Shown in pieces: positions 1-6,721 of a stretch of 26,123 nucleotides of DNA (positions within the stretch are counted from its first letter, which is position 1; the number at the start of each line of letters is the position of its first letter). Under the pieces are notes generated by a model, which made no database searches, was not told the origin of the DNA, and saw nothing but the letters and a program-made list of their open reading frames with translations. A program made the translations under genes and the position numbers. The stretch comes from Pseudomonadota bacterium. GTDB taxonomy: Bacteria > Bdellovibrionota > FAC87 > UBA2466. The stretch is from the NCBI GenBank assembly GCA_043718025.1, contig JAYSWN010000134.1, positions 1 through 26,123 on the forward strand, given 5' to 3'.

Positions 1-129
1 GAACAACAACGTAGGACGACCAAAAAACAAGGGCCTAGCTCTTGTCAGGGGAGTCTTTTTCCCTTGTGTTCCTTTTCCATAGACGCAATGACGGCGAAAT
101 ACCCCACTCTCCGCAGTCCCCCATTTTTC

Positions 130-206
130 TGTAAACATTTACATAAGGGTTCCTTTCTGACGTACACAAACGGTCTTCGCAATAAACGATTCTATCGTCA
201 TAGAAT
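130..206. promoter_or_regulatory. Two palindromes upstream of a sigma54-type promoter (candidate activator binding sites)
   Basis: TGTAAA-CA-TTTACA at 130-143 and ATTCTAT-CGTC-ATAGAAT at 189-206, about 140-215 bp upstream of the predicted start site near 346. Confidence 0.35.
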
Positions 207-318
207 TGCGGCGTGCCCACTTTCGGAATTCGTCAAAGCCATTCGCAAGTGTAGTGACACTTTTTGTTTTAGTCCGGTTAGTCGCATTCCCATTATTCGC
301 AAAGAAGCCTTCCGTAGT

Positions 319-335
319 TTGGCACCGCCTTTGCT
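319..335 (+). promoter_or_regulatory. sigma54 (RpoN) -24/-12 promoter
   Basis: TTGGCACCGCCTTTGCT closely matches the consensus YTGGCACG-N4-TTGCW. GG (321-322) and GC (333-334) are exactly 10 nt apart. Lies about 90 bp upstream of the ATG at 428. Confidence 0.75.
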
Positions 336-427
336 TTAGTACCTGCCGAGGCCACAAATTAGGTGTGTTACCCAAACGGGTTCAAGTTGTGGCCAAAGGT
401 TTAAGTTGAACACATTGAGGTCGTTTT

Positions 428-871
428 ATGTTGTCGTGGAAAAAGTTGTTAGTGGTAAGCGTCATGTTCCTGGGTGCCTATACTGCGAAGGCAGAAATGG
501 GAGGCCCGGTCGGCTACTATCCCGTCGCGGTTCAGCAGACGACAATTAGAATAATGAGCAACTCCTCAATGGGCTACGGTTCACACGGCATGGGCGGATG
601 CGGTAGCGGCATGTCCTGCGGTGGCGGGTACGGCGGCGGTGGCTACGGATATGGTTACGGCGGCGGATATGGTTACGGCTACGGATATGGTTTCCGCGGA
701 TACGGTCAGGGCGGAATGTGCGGCGGTCGTATGCGCCACTGCGCTTCTCACCGTAGGTGCTGCTCTCCGCACCGAAGGTATCGCAACTTTTCTTTAGGTT
801 TACGTTTTGGCGGCGGTTACGGCGGCGGTTTCGCCTTCGGCCTCAATATTTCGAGCTCTTCGTTCTACTAA
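428..871 (+). CDS. Exported Gly/Tyr-rich, Cys-containing low-complexity protein (147 aa)
   Basis: SD-like GAGG at 417-420. Sec-type signal peptide (MLSWKKLLVVSVMFLGAYTAKA|E), GYG repeats, 6 Cys, C-terminal FSLGLRF/FAFGLNI strands, followed by a terminator. Confidence 0.85.
   Translation: MLSWKKLLVVSVMFLGAYTAKAEMGGPVGYYPVAVQQTTIRIMSNSSMGYGSHGMGGCGSGMSCGGGYGGGGYGYGYGGGYGYGYGYGFRGYGQGGMCGGRMRHCASHRRCCSPHRRYRNFSLGLRFGGGYGGGFAFGLNISSSSFY
641..694 (+). repeat. 3 x 18-bp in-frame tandem repeat encoding GYGYGY / GGGYGY / GYGYGF
   Basis: GGCTACGGATATGGTTAC (641-658), GGCGGCGGATATGGTTAC (659-676), GGCTACGGATATGGTTTC (677-694). Confidence 0.9.
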
Positions 872-931
872 AAAAAATGCCCCCTAAGACGTAGACGCCA
901 ATCCCGTCAAAGAGGGCATTTTCTTTTTTTT
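870..931. terminator. Bidirectional intrinsic terminator-like hairpin with a long stem and 13-nt loop
   Basis: Arms 874-885 / 911-922 plus an inner GACG/CGTC helix (888-891 / 905-908). A8 run at 870-877 and T-rich run ending at 931. The A-C mismatch on + becomes G-U on the minus strand. Confidence 0.75.
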
Positions 932-1015
932 AAATTTAAGTGAGCCAGCCAAAGCTGGGCAGTAACCCTTGGCTGACCCACCCGAGTTTCTGTCTCGATG
1001 TATCTATACTGCCCC
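870..1015 (-). ncRNA. Putative structured small RNA (family not recognised)
   Basis: 15-bp stem 940-954 / 967-981 whose three + strand mismatches are all G-U on the minus strand. Loop segment 957-964 is perfectly complementary to 1007-1014. Small hairpin at 983-997. Ends in the terminator hairpin and U tract. Confidence 0.45.
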
Positions 1016-1073
1016 ACCGCTCCTAGCTCTTGAACATAGAAAAATGGGCATTAAAAACTCCATCAAAATATGA

Positions 1074-1082
1074 TGTTAAAAT
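1074..1082 (+). promoter_or_regulatory. Extended -10 promoter element (probable leaderless transcript)
   Basis: TGTTAAAAT lies 6 nt before ATG 1089, with no convincing SD. It is overlapped by the palindrome CATCA-N5-TGATG (1061-1075). Confidence 0.55.
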
Positions 1083-1088
1083 AGGTCC

Positions 1089-2588
1089 ATGTCTAAATGG
1101 ACTTTGCAACTGGCGGCGATTGAGGTCCGGCACCGCGCCGGCGAACGCCAAGTGGCGCTCGGCCTGCTGCGTAAGGCCATGGCGGGTCGGGTACCACGTG
1201 AGGTGGTCCTCCCCTTAGCTTCGCTGGCGCGACGGGCGGGGGCACCGGGGCTGGGCGCTCAGCTTCTTCACTCGATCGTACGGCCCGACAAGCCCACTAA
1301 CGCTACAGCGGCAGAACAAGCAGAATACGCCGCTTGTCTGGTGCGCATCGGCGCCGAAGGCGAGGCCTTAAAAATTTTGGAAACCTTGAACGGAAAGGAT
1401 TACCCGCAAGTGCTTTTGTTTCGTGCCTTCGCCCTAATTCCCCGGTGGGAATACCGGCAGAGCATCCCCCTGCTTGAGTCATTTATTGAACACCCTAAAG
1501 TGAGTGGCGAGATTCGTCTCGTCGGTCTTGCCAATCTTGCCGCCGCCCAGATTGCCGAGCGTGACTTTGCGGCGGCAGAAAAAAACGTAGATATCATTTT
1601 TGCCGAGGCCAAAGAGAAAAGTCTTCTCCTCCCGCTGGGCGTTGCGCACGAACTTTCGGCCCGCAGTGCGGTTGCCCGCCACGATTGGCAAGAGGCCGAA
1701 GTGCGGCTTAGCCGGGTTGAGGCCCACTTCGGAAGTAACGACGATATCCATCTCTTTTTTGCCCGCAAGTGGCGCTGTTTCATGGCTCTCGAAAAATCAC
1801 CCTCCAGCCCACAAGTGGCCGTCGGATTAAAAAATTTGCGCGCCGAAGCGGTAAAAAGAGGGGAGTGGGAAACGGTGCGGGAGTGCGATCGTTACGAAGC
1901 CGTGGCCCATCAAGAGAAAATTTATTTCGATCGGGTAATGGTGGGAACTCCCTATCCGCAGTACCGCCGCGGACTACTGAACGAGATGAAAGCCCAATTC
2001 ATCGAGCCCACTTATTACGATTGGCACCCCGGTGAAGTGGCGCTGCCCGACTTGGCCAAGCGAAGCGGCGGAGCAAAGGGGCTACTCGATCTATCCAGCG
2101 GTGAATTTGGCGGAGTCGAAATTAAATTAGGACAACTTTTTCATCGCCTGCTGCTCGGGCTGTCGGCAGATTTCTACCGCCCGCTGCGGCTGGCAACGTT
2201 TCACTCGCTGGTCTACCCCAGCCAGTTTTTTAATCCTCACTCATCGCCAAACCGTTTGCACAACGCCATCTCGCGCTTTAATGCCTGGGCCACGGTAAAA
2301 AAAATTCCGTTCGGCATTCACTCGGCCGCTGGCTTCTACTCTTTAACCGCAAAAAATCACGCTCGCCTTCGCCGTTTGCTGAACACCGCCCAAAGCGAAT
2401 CAGAACACCCTTCGTTAACTCTGCTGCGCCGAAAATTTGGGGCCGCAAGTTTTACCACGCAACAAGCGGCCGCAGTTCTGGAAGTTTCGCGAAGCGCCGC
2501 CCAGCGGCTTATTGATACCGCGGTCAAAAATGAGGCGTTGGCCCATTTGGGGGCGGGCCGGGGCGCGCGTCTAAAATTCTTGCCCTAA
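1089..2588 (+). CDS. TPR-like helical repeat protein with C-terminal winged-helix domains (putative transcriptional regulator, 499 aa)
   Basis: Ala/Leu-rich TPR-like helices in the N-terminal ~280 aa. OmpR/Trans_reg_C-like segment (RLLLGL...LVYP...NRLHNAISRFN) and a terminal HTH-wing (FTTQQAAAVLEVSRSAAQRLI...GAGRGARLKF). Confidence 0.75.
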   Translation: MSKWTLQLAAIEVRHRAGERQVALGLLRKAMAGRVPREVVLPLASLARRAGAPGLGAQLLHSIVRPDKPTNATAAEQAEYAACLVRIGAEGEALKILETLNGKDYPQVLLFRAFALIPRWEYRQSIPLLESFIEHPKVSGEIRLVGLANLAAAQIAERDFAAAEKNVDIIFAEAKEKSLLLPLGVAHELSARSAVARHDWQEAEVRLSRVEAHFGSNDDIHLFFARKWRCFMALEKSPSSPQVAVGLKNLRAEAVKRGEWETVRECDRYEAVAHQEKIYFDRVMVGTPYPQYRRGLLNEMKAQFIEPTYYDWHPGEVALPDLAKRSGGAKGLLDLSSGEFGGVEIKLGQLFHRLLLGLSADFYRPLRLATFHSLVYPSQFFNPHSSPNRLHNAISRFNAWATVKKIPFGIHSAAGFYSLTAKNHARLRRLLNTAQSESEHPSLTLLRRKFGAASFTTQQAAAVLEVSRSAAQRLIDTAVKNEALAHLGAGRGARLKFLP

Positions 2589-2686
2589 ATGTTTAAGAAA
2601 TTCTGTGGGTTGGCGGACGCGTTTTAAGGAAAGTGGCCGTGATTTTGCGTCCTTATCGTCGATAACGCTTGCCGCTACAATGAAAC

Positions 2687-3505
2687 ATGCCGCAAAAGTT
2701 GTCGCTTCGATGGTCAATCGGCCTAGCCCTTTGGCTGCTCACCCTTTTTGCCACGGTATCGTGTATTGATGCCACGCTCAGGCGCGGCAACAACGCCAAT
2801 GGCGGTACCGGAGTGGCGATCGATTTTGTGGTGCGGTTGCGCGGCATCGCGCTGCTTCCGCCTGGCTCGGGAGGGCATCTGTATTTGGGGCATGGCTATG
2901 ATCAGCTTTTACTAAGCTACGGTGCGCCTAATACTTTGGGCGCTTTGTACCTGTACTCCGGAGCCGCCGAGGGGCTCGACGGAAGCCGTCAGCTTCCGGC
3001 TGAGGCGATTGCGCTTACCTCGGCATTCGCGTTGCGGCAGGTCATCAACGATCCCACCCCGCTGTTTCAGATGTTCAATGAGGGAGTTCAGCAAATTGGC
3101 CTCAGCACCGTCGATTTTAAGACTCGCGACAATCAAACGGTGAGCTATCTCTTCACCAAAACCGAATCCATAGCCAGAATTGCTCCCGGCTCTGGCGTTA
3201 CCCATGTTTGCGCCGCCCCCGCTCTGTCGGCCTATGCGGCTTTGCAAGGCGAGGCTACGAGTCCGCAAATTTCTTTCGTGACCCCAGTTGGTTCCACGTT
3301 GACGTTTTTGCCGGCTACGAAGGTCTTGGGCGCCAGCACTAAGGTCTACAACTACGTTCTACCAGGGGGAGGCTTTTACGAGGTGACCTTTTCAGACAAC
3401 AGCCGCAGTTGTTCAATCCGCGCCCGCGCTGAAAACAGTGCGGACGTTCCGGCCTTTACCGCCAACGGCACATTGCTTACGCCGAGCAATGATACAAATT
3501 TTTAA
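2687..3505 (+). CDS. Exported hypothetical protein or possible lipoprotein (272 aa) with one FG-GAP-like motif
   Basis: Hydrophobic N-terminus ending in TVSC. Segment LLLSYGAPNTLGALYLYSG resembles an FG-GAP repeat. TACAAT (2676-2681) lies 5 nt before the ATG. Confidence 0.7.
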   Translation: MPQKLSLRWSIGLALWLLTLFATVSCIDATLRRGNNANGGTGVAIDFVVRLRGIALLPPGSGGHLYLGHGYDQLLLSYGAPNTLGALYLYSGAAEGLDGSRQLPAEAIALTSAFALRQVINDPTPLFQMFNEGVQQIGLSTVDFKTRDNQTVSYLFTKTESIARIAPGSGVTHVCAAPALSAYAALQGEATSPQISFVTPVGSTLTFLPATKVLGASTKVYNYVLPGGGFYEVTFSDNSRSCSIRARAENSADVPAFTANGTLLTPSNDTNF

Positions 3506-3530
3506 AAAAAACCGGCCCCGTCGCGGCCGG
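3504..3530 (-). terminator. Intrinsic terminator for 3558-4040
   Basis: CCGGCC (3512-3517) / GGCCGG (3525-3530) stem followed on the minus strand by T8 (A run 3504-3511). Confidence 0.65.
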
Positions 3531-3557
3531 CATAAAGCGTGACAATTCCAACGCGGG

Positions 3558-4040
3558 TTAGTCGCGGCGCTGGCGCGGCCCGTCCACCATCTCCACACAT
3601 TTGTAGCGAGCAATCTCATTTTTCAAACGGACGCCTTCATCGTAAGTGAGGCGGCGTTTTGCTTCGCATTCCATGATGTAGCCGTGGTTGCCTTTCCAAG
3701 GCTGGCATTCCCACAAACCGGACACTTCTTTCAAGTCAGCGATGCAGCTACTCATCTTGAGGCCGCTACTGAGGTAAGGATAGAAAAAGTACTCGGCTAA
3801 CTCTCCTCCGGCGCCTTTTTGGCCTTGGCCGAAGCAGGCATTCCAGTAGGGATAAAAAACTCCGTTGCTGTCAAAACCGGCGCCGAATATAGCCAGGCGA
3901 AAACCGCGGGCTCCGGCAATTTCCGCGCAATGCGGTAAGCTCAAAGCTCCGCCTAGATAAACGATGTTGTCAGAAGCGTGCGCTTTTCCCGTCGTGAGCA
4001 AGGCTAAGCCAAGACCCAGCGCCAAAATTTTTGCCTTCAT
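3558..4040 (-). CDS. Small secreted Cys-containing hypothetical protein (160 aa)
   Basis: SD AGGAG 7 nt before the ATG, signal peptide ending AHA|S, 6 Cys in the mature part, terminator downstream. Confidence 0.8.
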   Translation of the reverse strand: MKAKILALGLGLALLTTGKAHASDNIVYLGGALSLPHCAEIAGARGFRLAIFGAGFDSNGVFYPYWNACFGQGQKGAGGELAEYFFYPYLSSGLKMSSCIADLKEVSGLWECQPWKGNHGYIMECEAKRRLTYDEGVRLKNEIARYKCVEMVDGPRQRRD

Positions 4041-4194
4041 CTATCGACTCCTGTTTTTGTTTCGGGGAGGATAACTTCCCCCCATGCTGTGGATGGGGTG
4101 TACCACTCACGTCATTCGCTGACATGGCACTTAGCGTTGGCCCAAACCCGTGTTATGGTGCTGGTTTTTTTGAAAGAAGGATAAAGGATATTTT

Positions 4195-5326
4195 ATGGCA
4201 GCGATTCCCAATTTAGAAGAGATCCGGCGTGAGTCAGTTGACCTCGGTCAGCGGCTGGCCTTGCTACGGGGGCGTCTTTGACGTCGAACGAAAAAGCTCG
4301 CGGCTAGAAGAGATTAGTGGCTTAGAAACCCAAGAAGACTTTTGGACCGACGCGCAAAAAGCCCGTGGCGTCACCAAAGAAAAAAGCATTCTCACGGCCG
4401 TGCTCGAGCGGCTGCGTCGGGCCGAAGGCATTTTTGGCGACCTCGAAGTCATGCGCGAAATGCTGGCCGAAGACCCTTCCGAAGAAAACCGCACGGAGGC
4501 TGGCACATTACTGACCTCGTTGCATTCGGCGGTGCGGGCAATGGAAATTGCCGAGATGCTAAGTGGCCCCAACGATAATGCGGCGGCCATCGTCAATATT
4601 AACGCCGGGGCCGGTGGTACCGAAGCGCAAGACTGGGCTTCGATGTTACTACGCATGTACCTGCGTTACTGCGAAGACCGCGGTTTTAAGGTGCAAATTT
4701 TAGACTCTCTCCAGGGGGAAGAGGCCGGCATTAAATCGGCAACTTTTTTGGCCCAGGGGCAATTTGCGTACGGCATGTTGGCGGCAGAGATTGGCGTTCA
4801 CCGGTTGGTGAGAATTTCGCCTTTTGATTCAAATGCGCGCCGGCACACCTCGTTCTCTTCGGTCTTTGTTTATCCCGACATCGAAGAGGAGATTGAGATC
4901 ACCATCGATGACAAAGATCTACGGGTTGACACTTACCGGTCCGGCGGCGCCGGCGGACAAAAAGTGAACAAAACCGATTCGGCGGTTCGCCTTACCCACT
5001 TACCCTCGGGCATCGTGGTGGCCTGCCAAAACGAACGGTCGCAGCATCAAAACAAAGCGATGGCGATGAAGATATTAAAGGCGCGTTTGTATGAACGCGA
5101 GCTAGACATGCGTAAAGCCGAGTCTAGAAAAATTGAAGACACCAAAATGGAAATCGCCTGGGGCAGTCAAATTCGATCTTACGTTTTGGCCCCTTACCGA
5201 ATGGCTAAAGATCACCGCACCGATCACGAGTCGGGCGATGTAATGGCGGTGCTCGACGGCCGTTTGCAGCCGTTCATTGAGGCTTACCTCATGTCTAAAA
5301 CCGCGGCCCCGGCCCAAGGAAAATAA
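4195..5326 (+). CDS. prfB: Peptide chain release factor 2, translated via programmed +1 frameshift (join 4195-4278, 4280-5326; 376 aa)
   Basis: SPF motif (RISPFD) and GGQ motif (GGAGGQ). True start is ATG 4195 with SD AAGGA, giving MAAIPNLEEIRRESVDLGQRLALLRGRL, then CTT TGA C. Confidence 0.97.
4267..4282 (+). other. RF2 +1 programmed ribosomal frameshift cassette
   Basis: CGGGGG-CGT-CTT-TGA-C: an internal SD-like G run 3 nt before the canonical CTTTGAC slippery site (4276-4282). Confidence 0.95.
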
Positions 5327-6079
5327 ATGAAGATCTTGATCAGCAACGACGATGGTATCGACTCTTTAGGCATTCAGGCCTTAGCCCGCGCGGCGGCGAA
5401 ACTTGGTGAAGTGACGGTGGTGGCGCCCGAGCGGGAACAGAGCACGGTGAGCCACAGCTTAACGCTGCATAAGCCGCTTAGGCTCTACGCCCGTGGCGAC
5501 CGGCAGTTCGCAGTGAGTGGCAGCCCGGCCGACTGCGTTTACATTGCCGTTAAAGAAGTGCTGAAGGCTAAACCCGACATTGTGCTTTCGGGGATCAACC
5601 GCGGCGCCAATTTAGGAAACGACATTTTTTATTCGGGAACGGTGGCGGCGGCTAGAGAAGCGGCGCAATTGGGAATTCCGAGTTACGCGTTTTCTTTGGT
5701 GTACGATGACGGATCAACCGCGGGCGAAAACGATTTTACCGCCGCCGCGAAGATCGCGGTGGAAGTGGTCGAGCGTTGTCAGGCGATCCCCTTTCCGGGG
5801 CTCACTTTGCTCAACGTCAATATTCCAAAAATTGCTCAAGACTCGCGAAAGGGAATCTGCGTGGCCCGCCAGGGAATTCGCCACTACGCCAACTCGGTTT
5901 CGCGTCGTGAAGACCCGCGCGGTAAGCCGTATTTTTGGTTAGGCGGCACCTACGAGCGCTTCGAGCCCATCGAAACTACCGACTGCTCTTTGCTCGCCCA
6001 AGGCTGGACTACGGTAGTGCCGCTAAACCTCGACACCACCCATAACGAATTTTATGCGACACTTAAGGCCCGGTTGTAA
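5327..6079 (+). CDS. surE: 5'/3'-nucleotidase SurE
   Basis: MKILISNDDG, SGSPADCV, SGINRGANLG and YSGTVAAA motifs. The ATG directly abuts the prfB stop. Confidence 0.97.
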   Translation: MKILISNDDGIDSLGIQALARAAAKLGEVTVVAPEREQSTVSHSLTLHKPLRLYARGDRQFAVSGSPADCVYIAVKEVLKAKPDIVLSGINRGANLGNDIFYSGTVAAAREAAQLGIPSYAFSLVYDDGSTAGENDFTAAAKIAVEVVERCQAIPFPGLTLLNVNIPKIAQDSRKGICVARQGIRHYANSVSRREDPRGKPYFWLGGTYERFEPIETTDCSLLAQGWTTVVPLNLDTTHNEFYATLKARL

Positions 6080-6111
6080 AAAAAAAGCCACTCCATTGAA
6101 GAAGTGGCTTT
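6078..6111. terminator. Intrinsic terminator between convergent surE and lipoprotein genes (stronger on minus strand)
   Basis: AAAGCCACT (6084-6092) / AGTGGCTTT (6103-6111). The A9 run at 6078-6086 gives a minus-strand U tract. Confidence 0.8.
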
Positions 6112-6134
6112 CTGAAATTAATTGAACCTTGGGC

Positions 6135-6458
6135 TTATTTGCTTTTGCGAAGCGTGTCACACGAGTCCGCTACAGTGGACATATCGAGCGTTCGGCCGGT
6201 TTGAGGGCTGATGCACATCATTGTTTTACCGTATTTATTTACGAACTTGTCGCAGGCGACGGAGGCGGCCTTGATATCCATTCTTCCGGCCGCTTCGGTA
6301 GCGGTTTTAACGTAGGTTTCGGCATCCGACATGACGTTGCCGCTGCATTTTCCGTTAGCTTCAACGCCGGTTTCATTCTGTCCGCCTTTTTTGTCACCGC
6401 ATCCGCTGAGGCCGAGAGCAATTAGAGCAACGAAAGTAAGATTGAAAAGAGCTTTCAT
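6135..6458 (-). CDS. Small lipoprotein (107 aa) with four additional Cys
   Basis: Lipobox LSGC after a hydrophobic stretch, SD GGAG, and a candidate TTGATT-N16-TAAGCT promoter (6532-6505). Confidence 0.85.
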   Translation of the reverse strand: MKALFNLTFVALIALGLSGCGDKKGGQNETGVEANGKCSGNVMSDAETYVKTATEAAGRMDIKAASVACDKFVNKYGKTMMCISPQTGRTLDMSTVADSCDTLRKSK

Positions 6459-6662
6459 TTATAGACTCCAGAAATTGGTTGTGTTGGAAAGAGACCATCT
6501 TTCTAGCTTAAGTGACGCGCTGAGTCAATCAAGGAATCGAAATTCCCTTATTAATTCAAGCCAAATTTTGTCACTGGGGGCAAATTACTAATAGTTTTCC
6601 TCTTTTTTTTACCTCCTACGTGCGCGTCAGAGTTTTCGAAAATGGGGCCGCTGAATTGGGTT

Positions 6663-6689
6663 TAACGTTTTGCGTTAATTCGCCGATAC
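6663..6689 (+). promoter_or_regulatory. sigma28 (FliA)-type promoter
   Basis: TAAC-N15-GCCGATAC versus consensus TAAA-N15-GCCGATAA, ending 32 nt before the kinase start codon. Confidence 0.6.
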
Positions 6690-6721
6690 AGTCTCGATAA
6701 GGGGCAAATTAGGGGGGTGGC

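Noticed and set aside
35..409. Four short overlapping ORFs at the window start
   Set aside because: No SD or protein-like features; the region is better explained as regulatory DNA for the sigma54 promoter.
350..414. HDV-like ribozyme topology in the leader of gene 428
   Set aside because: Extra nucleotides between P3' and P1', no P1.1 CC/GG pairing, and no P4 or catalytic C in J4/2.
641..694. Short repeats as a possible CRISPR array
   Set aside because: Contiguous in-frame coding repeats with no spacers and no cas genes.
34..1048. 11-bp direct repeat CCTAGCTCTTG (34-44, 1022-1032) and 11-bp inverted repeat CCCATTTTTCT / AGAAAAATGGG (120-130, 1038-1048) as element ends
   Set aside because: An 11-mer match within about 1.1 kb is expected roughly 0.3 times by chance, the two repeats do not nest as TSD plus terminal repeats, and there is no transposase or integrase.
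2630..2675. c-di-GMP-I riboswitch-like text on the minus strand (GGCAAGC...GGACGCAAAA)
   Set aside because: Lacks the GNRA tetraloop and a convincing second stem with receptor, and it would point antisense into gene 1089-2588 with no downstream gene.
4229..4279. GTG start of the 365-aa ORF in the track
   Set aside because: Artefact of the RF2 frameshift; the real start is ATG 4195.
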